Source: Clostridia bacterium (GTDB lineage Bacteria > Bacillota > Clostridia > UBA1212 > UBA1255). From it: a DNA stretch of 64,000 bases. This document shows positions 32,261 through 42,210 of the stretch, piece by piece. The stretch spans positions 11,229 to 75,228 of the forward strand of contig JAEFAM010000005.1 in assembly GCA_016287565.1 (NCBI GenBank), read 5' to 3'. The stretch's first letter is position 1. Every line of letters begins with the position of its first letter. A model generated the notes under the pieces. The model made no database searches. It had not been told where the DNA came from and saw nothing but the letters and a program-made list of their open reading frames with translations. A program made the translations under genes and the position numbers.

Positions 32261-33199
32261 TCAAGCCTTTCCGCTGCAGCCGAGCACGTCGCGAAGTTTG
32301 TGCCTTACGAGCTCCTTGATGTTGGCGCGGGCGGGTTTCAGATACTCTCTGGGGTCGAACTTGTCCGGATGCTCGTTGAAGAACTTGCGGATCGTTCCGG
32401 TCATGGCCAGGCGCAGGTCGGAGTCGATGTTGATCTTGCAGACCGCGGATCTGGCGGCTTCGCGAAGCTGATCTTCGGGAACGCCGATGGCGCCGGGCAT
32501 TGCGCCGCCGTTTTCATTGATCATGGTCACGTATTCCTGAGGAACGGAGGAAGATCCGTGAAGCACGATGGGGAATCCGGGAAGTCTCTTCTCGCACTCG
32601 TGGAGCACGTCGAATCTGAGCTGGGGCTTCGTTCCGGGTTTGAACTTGTAGGCGCCGTGAGAAGTGCCGATGGCGATGGCCAGGGAGTCGCAGCCCGTGC
32701 GGGTGACGAACTCTTCGACTTCTTCGGGCCTGGTGTAGGACGCGCAGCCCTCGGCTACCTTAACTTCGTCCTCGATGCCGGACAGCGTTCCGAGCTCGGC
32801 TTCCACGACGACGCCGTGCTCGTGAGCGTACTCGACTACCCGGCGGGTGATCTCTATGTTCTCTTCAAAAGGTTTGGAGGAAGCGTCGATCATTACCGAG
32901 GTGAATCCGCCGTCGATGCAGGACTTGCAGGTCTCGAAATCAGGGCCGTGGTCAAGGTGAAGCACGATGGGGATCTCGGGGCACTCGATAACGGCAGCCT
33001 CGACCAGTTTCACGAGATACGTGTGATTCGCGTACGCTCTCGCGCCTTTGGATACCTGAAGAATAACGGGAGCGTTTTCTTCTTTGCAGGCTTCGGTTAT
33101 ACCCTGAACGATCTCCATATTATTCACGTTGAACGCGCCGATGGCGTATCCGCCGTTGTAAGCTTTCGCAAACATCTCTTTTGAAGTTACTAATGGCAT
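32261..33199 (-). CDS. fba: Fructose-1,6-bisphosphate aldolase class II
   Basis: GAFNVNN, HLDHG, SVMIDAS, EAELG, AIGTSHGAYK, VLHGSS, KINIDSD. Confidence 0.97.
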   Translation of the reverse strand: MPLVTSKEMFAKAYNGGYAIGAFNVNNMEIVQGITEACKEENAPVILQVSKGARAYANHTYLVKLVEAAVIECPEIPIVLHLDHGPDFETCKSCIDGGFTSVMIDASSKPFEENIEITRRVVEYAHEHGVVVEAELGTLSGIEDEVKVAEGCASYTRPEEVEEFVTRTGCDSLAIAIGTSHGAYKFKPGTKPQLRFDVLHECEKRLPGFPIVLHGSSSVPQEYVTMINENGGAMPGAIGVPEDQLREAARSAVCKINIDSDLRLAMTGTIRKFFNEHPDKFDPREYLKPARANIKELVRHKLRDVLGCSGKA

Positions 33200-33295
33200 A
33201 TAAAAACATCTCCTTAAAGAATTTGGACGGCGCAGGTCGTTCTCCGGCGGGAAGCGAACTTCGGTGCCTTATAAGAGCCCCCGCGTCCGCCGCAT

Positions 33296-33324
33296 ATTTT
33301 AACAAATCCCCCGGGGATTTGCAA
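33296..33324 (-). promoter_or_regulatory. Sigma-A promoter of fba with a palindromic spacer
   Basis: TTGCAA-17 bp-TAAAAT (TG extended); CAAATCCCC-C-GGGGATTTG at 33303-33321. Confidence 0.6.
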
Positions 33325-33416
33325 CAGATTTTTAAGGCGCGGGCCGCGCCGGAAGCGCAGATCCGCGCCTGTTTTTCACAAGCCCGAGGGCAAGGCGCGG
33401 CACAGCCGCGCGAGGC

Positions 33417-36400
33417 TTATTTCGATACTTCGATGCGGAAGGTCACTGAATCGGAGGGATCCGCGATCTCGTACACGAAAGAATACTCGTAAGTGCCGTC
33501 GGGAGCCATTGCCACCTGGTATCCGTCGTATTCCTCCACGTTGTACACGTATTCCGTCAACGAACCGTCGTTGCCCACCGTGTATATCTTCGGCCTTGCA
33601 AGCACGTCGAAGCCGGATACCACCACCGTGTTGCGGTTGCGGGAACCGGTCAACATGAACTGGGCGGCGTTGTCGACTGCCTCTACCCTGGGGACGTACT
33701 CGTCGGGGATGACCGTGCCGAGAGCAGCGGTAACGCCGAGGGGCTTCAGCACGGAATCTTCGTAAACGTATCTGGCATGGTAGGCGCCCTTCTCTGTCTT
33801 GTCGCCGAAAGGCAGCAGTATCAGGTTCAGGGTAATGGTATCGCCTTTTTTGAAAGAGACCTTGTCCTCGTCGAGGGACAGCACCAGGTCGTCAAGCTTG
33901 CCGTCGAAAGAGTAGTTGACGATGAACTTGGGTTCGATCTCCTTGCCGCCCACCGTGATCCGGGCGGAGCGCAGTATCAGGCCGTAGTTCATTACGTCGG
34001 TGCCGGACTTGCCCTTTGCGCCGTAGATGCAATAGTAGAAGCTGCCCTTGTTAAGATGGTACGTTACCGCGGTGCGGCCTTCGGTAGGAAGGTCCACCGT
34101 CTGTTCCGCGCCGCTTGCGTCAAGGTACGCGAAATTCTGGAAGTTGTTGTCCCGGCTGTTGAACCTGATCAGCGAGAAGCTGTTTGCGAAATCGTTCACG
34201 GTGAGGTCCTTGAGAAACTCCAAAGAGACAGTGTAATAGGTGCGGTTCTCGTCGTTCTGAGGGAATTCCACGTGGCGCAGCGTATATTTGTAGGAGCCTT
34301 CATCGGAGACGTAACTGTACTCGATATCGGCGTAGGTAGGTCCGTAGGACTTGATGTCGGTGCCGGTATATTCGCTCTGGTATTTGTTGCCCTCCTGGTC
34401 GGCGTAAGCGGGCCATTTATGTATGCCAACGGAAGTGAACTGAGGCTGGGAGCTCCACATGACGCCGCTGCAGCCGCGGAAGTCGGGCAGCGTCCAGCCG
34501 TCCTTGCCGTAAACGTAGAAGGGAGCGATGCAGTTGGATTCCGTAACGCCGGTGGACATATGGTAGTAACCGATGAAGAACTGTATGGACGATATCTGCT
34601 TCAGCGCGAAGGCGCCCCAGTTCTGGTAAAGGTGAAGTTCGGTGAACGTGAGGGACTCGCCGCTCTTTACGGAAAGCGGGAAGATGCTGTCGCCGTACTG
34701 CTTGTCCTGGGGATCGTAGAAGGGCTCCTCGTATTCTCCTTCGAAATTCTTGCACACTTCGATAGGCATGGGTACCATCAGCTTGTTCTCGTCCAGCAGC
34801 GCCGCGCATTCCAGGCAGCCGTTGCTGCCGCGGAAATCGAGATAGATCTTGCGGTCCTGGGTGTCGCCCTTCACGGTGACGTCGGTGGTGTAATATTTGT
34901 TGACACGCTTCTTTTGATAAGCGGTGCTGAAATCGGTGCCGTTCTTTTTGAACGTATAGCAGCCTTTTACGCTGTCGTATCCCGCGAATTTGGTCTTCGC
35001 CGTGGTCTCGCCTATCGTGATCTCGGTGAGAGGATTCCGCTCCAGCCAGGCTTCCAGGTCGATGGCCTCGAAGCCGTCGGTCTTGTCGTTGTAGAGCCTG
35101 TTGGCCACGGTCAGGTCTTTGCCTTTCTTAAGGATTCCGTTCGACAGGGAGGATTGCCTGACTTCGTAAAAACCGTCGGAGAGCGTCACGGTCACGCTTT
35201 CGGAGCCGCTGTTCTCGGAGGGGATGATGATGCCCACGGTGCCGTTGTTCCTGATATGGAACGCCACGTATTCCACCGATCCCGGGTCAATGCCGTTCAG
35301 GTCTCCGTGGATGCCGTTCTTGTCCCTGATCTGTATCTTGTCCGCTTTTTCCGCGTCGACTCTCCACACCACGCCGTACTCTTGAATGTTGGCAACGGTA
35401 GCGGCGGCAACGAATCTGAACGCCTGGTGGAGCTTGTCCGAATACAGGTGGTACGTCCTGTCGGTGCGTATATCCATGGTGCTTTCGATCTTTACCGCTT
35501 CGATGCTCGTGATGAGGAACCTGTCCCCCGCCCCTCCGTTCAGGTCGAACCGGATGCCTTTAAGGTCGCCGTCCAGCTGGTCAAGATTCACCACGTAAGT
35601 ATGTTCCTCGCCGTCTCCCTTGACGTTGAAGCCGATATACTGGGAGCCGTTGAAACCTTTGCTGACCGTGTCGTAATAGTATACGGTGGATTCGCAGCTG
35701 ACTTTCGAAACGATCTTCACGCGCACTGCGTTGACCTCGTTTCTGTTAACGGCCTCTTTCAGTTCGTATCCCATATAAGGATCGTCGGAGCTCTCCACGA
35801 TATAGACGAGGCCTTCTTCGGAGGATTCCGCCTTGCAGTTGTGCGGTTTCCATCCCTGGGCGGAAAGGGACGCGATCGGGCGGCTGGAACTGACTATCAC
35901 GTCGTTGTCGGAACTCATTGCCATGCGCAGATCGAATATATGGGCCTCCGTGTAGTAATACCCGAGCCTGAACGTGTTCTGGCGCCCGTCGTAGGCCGAG
36001 AAGCGGTCGGACCATTCCGTGCCGGAGCCGTCTATCACGTACATATCCATGGAATTATCAAAGTAATGCTCTCCGTAATAGTCGCCGAAGTACGTGATAC
36101 CCCGGCCGCCGCTGCCGGAAAGATTTATCTCGAATCTGGAGACCGAATTCGAAAGTGTGAAGCTCTTTCTGTCGGGAGCCGTAAAACAGGTCTGGACTTC
36201 GTTGGCCATGCGTTTCGCGTAGATCAGCGAATCGGCCAGCGGCGTATCTCCTGAAATGTCTCTCATAGGCACCTCCGTGGGTCTCTCCGTGGGCACCGCA
36301 GGGTCCGTCGGGACGTCTCCGCCTCCGCCGTTATTGCAGGCGCTCAGGAAAAGCATAACGAAAAGCAATGCGGCAGCCGCTAAAAGCGCCGCTCTTCTGA

Positions 36401-36452
36401 CGCGGTCTCTCCGCGCTGTATTTCTGCGGTCCGATGATTCGATAAGTTGCAT
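33417..36452 (-). CDS. Large hypothetical lipoprotein (1011 aa) with a CBM-like beta-sandwich module
   Basis: Signal/lipobox FLSAC, short PT linker, aromatic and beta-rich body; GGAGGG RBS. Confidence 0.8.
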   Translation of the reverse strand: MQLIESSDRRNTARRDRVRRAALLAAAALLFVMLFLSACNNGGGGDVPTDPAVPTERPTEVPMRDISGDTPLADSLIYAKRMANEVQTCFTAPDRKSFTLSNSVSRFEINLSGSGGRGITYFGDYYGEHYFDNSMDMYVIDGSGTEWSDRFSAYDGRQNTFRLGYYYTEAHIFDLRMAMSSDNDVIVSSSRPIASLSAQGWKPHNCKAESSEEGLVYIVESSDDPYMGYELKEAVNRNEVNAVRVKIVSKVSCESTVYYYDTVSKGFNGSQYIGFNVKGDGEEHTYVVNLDQLDGDLKGIRFDLNGGAGDRFLITSIEAVKIESTMDIRTDRTYHLYSDKLHQAFRFVAAATVANIQEYGVVWRVDAEKADKIQIRDKNGIHGDLNGIDPGSVEYVAFHIRNNGTVGIIIPSENSGSESVTVTLSDGFYEVRQSSLSNGILKKGKDLTVANRLYNDKTDGFEAIDLEAWLERNPLTEITIGETTAKTKFAGYDSVKGCYTFKKNGTDFSTAYQKKRVNKYYTTDVTVKGDTQDRKIYLDFRGSNGCLECAALLDENKLMVPMPIEVCKNFEGEYEEPFYDPQDKQYGDSIFPLSVKSGESLTFTELHLYQNWGAFALKQISSIQFFIGYYHMSTGVTESNCIAPFYVYGKDGWTLPDFRGCSGVMWSSQPQFTSVGIHKWPAYADQEGNKYQSEYTGTDIKSYGPTYADIEYSYVSDEGSYKYTLRHVEFPQNDENRTYYTVSLEFLKDLTVNDFANSFSLIRFNSRDNNFQNFAYLDASGAEQTVDLPTEGRTAVTYHLNKGSFYYCIYGAKGKSGTDVMNYGLILRSARITVGGKEIEPKFIVNYSFDGKLDDLVLSLDEDKVSFKKGDTITLNLILLPFGDKTEKGAYHARYVYEDSVLKPLGVTAALGTVIPDEYVPRVEAVDNAAQFMLTGSRNRNTVVVSGFDVLARPKIYTVGNDGSLTEYVYNVEEYDGYQVAMAPDGTYEYSFVYEIADPSDSVTFRIEVSK

Positions 36453-36520
36453 AACGTTCCCTCCGTTTTCGTCTCTCCGCGGCCGCGCCGTTTCGGCAGG
36501 GCCCGGTCCGGGTCAATAAT

Positions 36521-36544
36521 AAAAAACGCGGCAAAAGGCCGCGT
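36521..36544 (-). terminator. Rho-independent terminator after the XRE/cupin gene
   Basis: Minus strand ACGCGGC-CTTTT-GCCGCGT-TTTTT. Confidence 0.7.
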
Positions 36545-36551
36545 CAACACA

Positions 36552-37094
36552 TCAAAGAAGAATGGCAAGGAATCTGGCGGGTTTTCCGTCCAGGGATCTC
36601 ATGCCGTGGGGCGTCATGGAATCGAAGTACAGGGAGTCGCCCGGCTCCAGGATGCACTCCTGCCCGTCGATGACTATCATAAGCTTCCCTTCGACGCAGT
36701 AGTTGAACTCCTGGCCTTCGTGGCGGTTCAGATGTATCTCTTCGTCCGGGGCGCTGTCGACGGTAACCAGGAACGGTTCCGCGGTCCGTCCGGCGAAATT
36801 GTACGCCAGATGCTGGTATTTATAGCGGTTGCCGCGCTCGATGTTGATGCCGCGGCCTTTCTTTACGAAACTGAAAGTATGGAGCATGGGGCCGCCGCCG
36901 GAAAGGAGGTCGGTCATCTCCACGTTGTAATATTTGGCGATGTCGGAAAGTTCGCCCATAGGAACGTCCAGCTCGCCGTTCTCGTATTTGAGCAGCAGTT
37001 CGGGGCTGATGCCGGTGCCTTCCGCAGCCTCTTCAATGCTCACTTCCGCGATCTCTCTTAAGTCTTTTATTCTCGCGCCTATCTCTCTGTCCAT
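36552..37094 (-). CDS. XRE-family HTH regulator with C-terminal cupin domain
   Basis: Start MDREIGARIKDLR; YENG HTH; EPFLVT, HEGQEFNY, GDSLYFDS..PH; upstream TTGAAC-17-TATAAT at 37165-37193. Confidence 0.92.
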   Translation of the reverse strand: MDREIGARIKDLREIAEVSIEEAAEGTGISPELLLKYENGELDVPMGELSDIAKYYNVEMTDLLSGGGPMLHTFSFVKKGRGINIERGNRYKYQHLAYNFAGRTAEPFLVTVDSAPDEEIHLNRHEGQEFNYCVEGKLMIVIDGQECILEPGDSLYFDSMTPHGMRSLDGKPARFLAILL

Positions 37095-37220
37095 ATGGTC
37101 TCCCTCCTTCGTAAACGGGCCTTCGGTCAAGGCCGTTTCAGGACCGATATCCTCTCTCTCTTTAATTATACAGTTTCGCGGCCGTCCGTTCAATACTTCC
37201 GGCGCAAAATCGCCCGTGAG

Positions 37221-38825
37221 TCATTCCACCTTGCAGTCAAGCAGCTTCAGGTTCTTGTTCTTGTCCACCGCCCAGTCGATGCCCCATTCGTTTTCGAACA
37301 AGAGCACCTTGGAGCCTTCCCTGTCCACCGCCTTCAGCGTTGACGACGTAAGCGTCAGATCGTGGGGATCGATGGACTGGTCTTCCAGCCATCTGGCGTA
37401 ATGGTAGGGCAGCTGCTGCATCTTGATCTCCACTCCGTACTCGCCCCTGAGCCGGTGTTCCAGCACCTCGAACTGCAGCACGCCTACGGCGCCTATTATT
37501 AGCGTTTCTACGCCTATATCCATCTGCTTGAATACCTGGATAGCTCCCTCTTCGGAAAGCTGTTCTATGCCCTTCTGGAACTGTTTGCGCTTCATTGCGT
37601 CCGCGTACTGCACCCGGGCAAAATGTTCTGAGGGGAACACGGGCATGCCTTCGAATCTGAGGCTCGTGCTGTCGACGCTCAGGGTGTCTCCTATCCCCAG
37701 GATCCCGGTGTCGAACAGGCCGATAATGTCTCCGGCGTACGCTTCGTCGACGATGGTACGCTCCTGAGCCATGAACTGCGTAGGCTGAGTGAGGCGGATC
37801 TTCCTGCCGGTGCGGGTGTGATTGACCTCCATGCCCTTTTCGAAATGGCCGGAGGTGATGCGCAGGAACGCCAGCCTGTCACGGTGGGCCGGGTTCATAT
37901 TGGCCTGGATCTTGAAGATGAAGCCGGAGAAAGGAGTATTGACCGGATCCACCACCACTCCGCCGGCTGCCGCCTTTTCGTGGGGGCAGGGCGCCATCTT
38001 TATGAAATGTTCCAGGAACGTCCTGACGCCGAAGTTCGTCATGGCCGAGCCGAAGAATATGGGAGTCTGCTTTCCGGACAGCACCGCGTCAATATCCAGC
38101 TCGTCGCCCGCCATATCCAGCAGCCCTACCTCTTCCACCAGCCGGTCGTGGTAATAGCTCCCCAGCCTGTTTCTGAGTTCGGGATCGTCAACTTCTCCCG
38201 TGACCGTTGCCGCCTGCTCCTGTCCGTGGTTGCCGCCTTCGTACAGCTCCACCTGCCTCTCCCGCCTGTTGTACACGCCCTGGAAATCTCCGTCGGTACC
38301 GATGGGCCAGTTCATAGCGAAAGATTTGATCCCCAGCACGTCCTCTATCTCCTGCATCAGGTCGAAAGGGTTTTTAGCAGCCCTGTCCATCTTGTTTATA
38401 AACGTGAAGATGGGTATGCCCCGCATTTTACAGACGTGGAAAAGCTTCAGCGTCTGGGCCTCTACGCCCTTGGCGCCGTCTATCAGCATCACCGCGCTGT
38501 CCGCGGCCATGAGCGTTCTGTAAGTGTCTTCCGAGAAGTCCTGGTGGCCGGGCGTGTCAAGTATGTTTATGCAATATCCGTCGTACTCGAACTGGAGCAC
38601 CGAGGAGGTGACGGAGATGCCGCGCTGCTTCTCGATATCCATCCAGTCGGACACGGCGTGCTTGGTGGCTTTTCTGGCTTTTACGGAACCTGCCAGCCTT
38701 ATAGCTCCGCCGTAGAGCAGCAGTTTCTCGGTCATCGTGGTCTTGCCGGCGTCCGGGTGAGAGATGATGGCGAAAGTCCTTCTCCGCTTTACTTCCGACG
38801 CTGTTTTTTCTGTTTCAAACGACAT
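37221..38825 (-). CDS. prfC: Peptide chain release factor 3
   Basis: RRTFAIISHPDAGKTT, QRGISVTSS, DTPGHQDF, NKMDR, FKIQANM..HRDR. Confidence 0.98.
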   Translation of the reverse strand: MSFETEKTASEVKRRRTFAIISHPDAGKTTMTEKLLLYGGAIRLAGSVKARKATKHAVSDWMDIEKQRGISVTSSVLQFEYDGYCINILDTPGHQDFSEDTYRTLMAADSAVMLIDGAKGVEAQTLKLFHVCKMRGIPIFTFINKMDRAAKNPFDLMQEIEDVLGIKSFAMNWPIGTDGDFQGVYNRRERQVELYEGGNHGQEQAATVTGEVDDPELRNRLGSYYHDRLVEEVGLLDMAGDELDIDAVLSGKQTPIFFGSAMTNFGVRTFLEHFIKMAPCPHEKAAAGGVVVDPVNTPFSGFIFKIQANMNPAHRDRLAFLRITSGHFEKGMEVNHTRTGRKIRLTQPTQFMAQERTIVDEAYAGDIIGLFDTGILGIGDTLSVDSTSLRFEGMPVFPSEHFARVQYADAMKRKQFQKGIEQLSEEGAIQVFKQMDIGVETLIIGAVGVLQFEVLEHRLRGEYGVEIKMQQLPYHYARWLEDQSIDPHDLTLTSSTLKAVDREGSKVLLFENEWGIDWAVDKNKNLKLLDCKVE

Positions 38826-38834
38826 AAATGCCTC

Positions 38835-40064
38835 TCATATCCTGATGAATTTTTCGGTGTAGTTGCGGCCCGCCGGGAACCTTGCCGGATCAGACAGGAC
38901 CGAATCGTAGACGCTCTGTGAAACGTTGTCCCAGAGAGCCATTTTAAGGGCGGTGCCGCAGGTCTCTTCTTTTAAGTAGTCTTTTAAGGAGATCACCGGC
39001 GCCGTACCGGAGGAGGCCGCTCTCCTGCATATCTCCGCCAGTACTTTTTCTCCTTTTCCGCTCCCGGCTCCCAGGAACCTCAGGTAAGGGAAAAAGCCGC
39101 GCTCGAATATATTATATCTTTCATCCGGCTCTATCAAGTTTTTTTCTCCGGGCATGACCAGGGCCCATACCAGGAACCGGGAGATCCGGGAGGAGGCATA
39201 CCGCTTCGAGGTGGACTCCGTCACGGCCTTTTCCCAGGAATTGGCGGCGCAGGCGTTTTTCAATATATGCCGGGCAATGCCGCCGCTGCCGAAGGGCAGT
39301 TTTTCCAGCGTCTCCGGATCGGCGGTGCGGAGGCGGACGGACAATTGCGCCGAGAAGTCTTCCGAAGTGACCGGCCTTTCGGTCTCGAGCCATTTGCGGA
39401 GGATCTCCGCCGCCTGTTCCGGCATATACTTCTCCGCTTCCGCCGATTGCCCCTCCGCGAGAAGCTCTCTTATGGCTCCCGCGCTGGCAATATTGCCGCC
39501 TTCCCCGGGCCGCTCTCCGTGGCCCGCTCCGGCTCTGGGCACCATGCAGAATTCCGGAGCCCGGTCAAGCTTCATTGACGCGGCAATATATTCGCAGGCC
39601 AGTATGTCGTTTGGCCTGAGCCTTGCCCCGTCCGACAGCCATTCCGAGGCGGCCCTGGCGTACGAAGCCCCTGCGTCTATCTTTTCCCTGACGGCGTCTC
39701 CGAACGCTTCCGATCCCTTCCTCAGGGCCAGTTCCCGCACCGTCTCTTCATCCGACTCGATGCCGAACGCCAGCACGTCCGCCCCTGCCGCCCCGGCAAG
39801 TCCGACGCCTCCCAGCGCGAAATACTGGGCCGATGAAACGGCGTACACGAAAGGCAATTCTGCCACCGCGTCAGCGCCGCACTTCAAAGCCATCTCGGCC
39901 CTGGCCCACTTGTCGCATACCGCCGGCCTCCCCCTCTGGGTAAAGCTCCCGCTCATAATACAGATAACGCCGTCACATCCGGTGCGACGGCGCGTCTCTT
40001 CTATCAGGTATTTATGACCGTTGTGGAACGGGTCAAATTCACATATTACCGCTGCGATCTTCAT
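38835..40064 (-). CDS. tmcAL: tRNA(Met) cytidine acetate ligase (YlbM-type nucleotidyltransferase)
   Basis: EFDPFHNGH, MSGSFTQRG, RAEMAL, ELPF, PNDIL, ASAGAIR, SKRYA. Confidence 0.9.
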   Translation of the reverse strand: MKIAAVICEFDPFHNGHKYLIEETRRRTGCDGVICIMSGSFTQRGRPAVCDKWARAEMALKCGADAVAELPFVYAVSSAQYFALGGVGLAGAAGADVLAFGIESDEETVRELALRKGSEAFGDAVREKIDAGASYARAASEWLSDGARLRPNDILACEYIAASMKLDRAPEFCMVPRAGAGHGERPGEGGNIASAGAIRELLAEGQSAEAEKYMPEQAAEILRKWLETERPVTSEDFSAQLSVRLRTADPETLEKLPFGSGGIARHILKNACAANSWEKAVTESTSKRYASSRISRFLVWALVMPGEKNLIEPDERYNIFERGFFPYLRFLGAGSGKGEKVLAEICRRAASSGTAPVISLKDYLKEETCGTALKMALWDNVSQSVYDSVLSDPARFPAGRNYTEKFIRI

Positions 40065-40107
40065 ACTTTCAGCTTTTATCAGGCCCTTGTTCAGCCCCTA
40101 TCCGGCC

Positions 40108-41823
40108 TCATTCCTCCAGATCAGCCTGGTTGTTCTGGTTCTCGCCCAGGGCGATATCCATTATCACGGGCAGCACCATTGGATTGCGCTTGGTCTGCTC
40201 GTAAACGTAATCGTGGATGGCGTCCCTGATGACCGTCTTCTTGTAGGCCCAGTCACGCTTGCCTCCGTAAATGTCTCCTCTGGAAAGCGCGTCCCTGGCG
40301 GTCTCCTTGATGTGCTCGATGATATCTTCGGATTCGCGCATGTACACGAAGCCTCTGGAGATAACGTCTGGCCCCGCCATCAGCGCGCCGGTCCTGGAAT
40401 CGACGGTCATCACCACTGCGATAAGTCCGTCTTCCGCCAGATGCTTTCTGTCTCTTAAAACGATGCTGCCCACGTCGCCTACTCCCAGGCCGTCGATGAG
40501 CACGTTGCCCGCCTGCACCATTTCGTCGCAGCGCACCGATTCTCCTTCGAATTCAAGCACTCTGCCGTTCTCCAGGATGAAGCAGTTCTCCTCGGGGATA
40601 CCCAGCTCCACGGCAATGTTTTTATGCCGCATCAGGTGCCTGTACTCTCCGTGCACCGGGCAGAAAAATTTGGGCTTGACGATGGTCTGTATGAGCTTCA
40701 GTTCCTCTTCGCAGGCGTGGCCGGAAACGTGTACTTCCGCCAGTGATTTATGGATGACGGTGGCGCCCCGTTTGCACAGTTCGTCGATCATTCTGGCGAT
40801 GGGCTTTTCGTTGCCCGGGATGGGGCTCGCCGAGATAATTACGGTGTCGCCGGGGACAATGTCTATCTGCCTGTGCGTTGCCACGGCCATCCGGGTCAAC
40901 GCGGACAGCGGCTCTCCCTGGCTGCCGGTGGTGATTATGACCAGTTCTTCCGGCGGGTAGTTGTCGATCTCCTCCAGGTCGATGAGCACGTCCGTATCCG
41001 TGATGTAGCCCTTCTCGATGGCAACGTCGATGACGTTGACCATGCTCCTGCCGCAGATGACGCATTTGCGCCCGAACTTTACGGCGGTGTTGATGATCTG
41101 CTGGACCCTGGAAACGTTGGACGAGAACGTTGCCACGATAATGCGGCCCTTCGTCCTGGCAAATATCTCTTCGAAGGTGCGGCCTACCGTGCGTTCCGAC
41201 ATGGTAAACCCTCTGTGCTCCGCGTTAGTGCTGTCCGACATGAGCAGCAGCACGCCTTTTTCGCCCAGTTCCGCCATGCGCATCAGATCGATGGGCTGCC
41301 CTTCTATGGGAGTGTAGTCCACCTTGAAGTCTCCGGTGTGAAGGATTATGCCGCAGGGCGTGATTATGGCCAGTGCTGCGGAGTCCACGATGCTGTGGTT
41401 GGTCCTTATGAACTCCACGCAGAAATCGCCTTTGATGACCATCTCTCCGTAATGCATCTCAATCATTTCGATGCCGGAGGTGCTCATACCCTCTTCTTCC
41501 AGTTTCTTCTCCACCAGGCCCAGAGTGAATTTGGTACCGTATATGGGAACGTTTATCTCTTTGAAAAGGTACGGAATGGCACCGATGTGGTCCTCATGGC
41601 CGTGCGTAAGGAAAAGGCCCCGGATCTTCTGCTTGTTCTCCGTAAGATAAGTCATATCAGGTATGACCGCGTCAACGCCGGGCATATCCAGGTCGGGGAA
41701 CGCCACGCCGCAGTCAACGATGATCATGTCGGAATCCGTTTCAAATACAGTCAGGTTCTTTCCTATCTCACGGATACCGCCCAGCGGAATTACTCTAAGT
41801 TTTCTATTTCTGTTAGGCAACAT
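40108..41823 (-). CDS. rnj: Ribonuclease J
   Basis: PLGGIREIGKN, THGHEDHIG, HTGDFK, TGSQGEP, HVSGH, PVHGE, SRGFVY. Confidence 0.98.
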   Translation of the reverse strand: MLPNRNRKLRVIPLGGIREIGKNLTVFETDSDMIIVDCGVAFPDLDMPGVDAVIPDMTYLTENKQKIRGLFLTHGHEDHIGAIPYLFKEINVPIYGTKFTLGLVEKKLEEEGMSTSGIEMIEMHYGEMVIKGDFCVEFIRTNHSIVDSAALAIITPCGIILHTGDFKVDYTPIEGQPIDLMRMAELGEKGVLLLMSDSTNAEHRGFTMSERTVGRTFEEIFARTKGRIIVATFSSNVSRVQQIINTAVKFGRKCVICGRSMVNVIDVAIEKGYITDTDVLIDLEEIDNYPPEELVIITTGSQGEPLSALTRMAVATHRQIDIVPGDTVIISASPIPGNEKPIARMIDELCKRGATVIHKSLAEVHVSGHACEEELKLIQTIVKPKFFCPVHGEYRHLMRHKNIAVELGIPEENCFILENGRVLEFEGESVRCDEMVQAGNVLIDGLGVGDVGSIVLRDRKHLAEDGLIAVVMTVDSRTGALMAGPDVISRGFVYMRESEDIIEHIKETARDALSRGDIYGGKRDWAYKKTVIRDAIHDYVYEQTKRNPMVLPVIMDIALGENQNNQADLEE

Positions 41824-42018
41824 TCAACCAGCCTCCTGATCAGTTCGGTAACGATCTTAAAGCAACAACGCCAATATCGAACACGCTTTTTTATTTACGC
41901 CGCCATTATATCACAGGGCCCCGGGAAAAAGGAATACGTTATATTTAAAAAAATCCGAAATTTTTTGTGTTAAAAATATGACCGCAGGCGGCAGAACAAG
42001 GCGCTCCTGGCATTTGAA

Positions 42019-42066
42019 ATTTTTCTGAAAATTATAGTTGCATTATTTTCTCGCCGGTGGTAGAAT
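42019..42066 (+). promoter_or_regulatory. tRNA promoter with upstream AT-rich (UP or CodY-like) element
   Basis: TTGCAT(42038)-17 bp-TAGAAT(42061); ATTTTTCTGAAAATT at 42019-42033. Confidence 0.6.
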
Positions 42067-42096
42067 ACGCGTTGCCGAAAGAAAAAACGGCATGAT

Positions 42097-42167
42097 TGCG
42101 GAATTGTGTAATGGCAGCACGAATGACTCTGACTCATTTTGTCTGGGTTCGAATCCTAGTTCCGCAG
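42097..42167 (+). tRNA. tRNA-Gln (anticodon CTG), CCA not encoded
   Basis: Acceptor stem TGCGGAA/TTCCGCA, anticodon arm AATGA-CTCTGAC-TCATT, T-loop GGTTCGAATCC. Confidence 0.95.
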
Positions 42168-42170
42168 CTG

Positions 42171-42208
42171 AAAAAACGCGTGGTCTGGCTTACAGATCAC
42201 GCGTTTTT
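42171..42208. terminator. Bidirectional terminator after the tRNA
   Basis: AAAAAACGCGTGGTCTG-GCTTA-CAGATCACGCGTTTTT. Confidence 0.8.
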
Positions 42209-42210
42209 GA

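Noticed and set aside
33777-36254. 825-aa plus-strand ORF (also 14001-16091, 31178-33184, 11310-12497 and others)
   Set aside because: Antisense shadows of genuine minus-strand genes; expected from GC-rich codon bias, with no motifs or RBS
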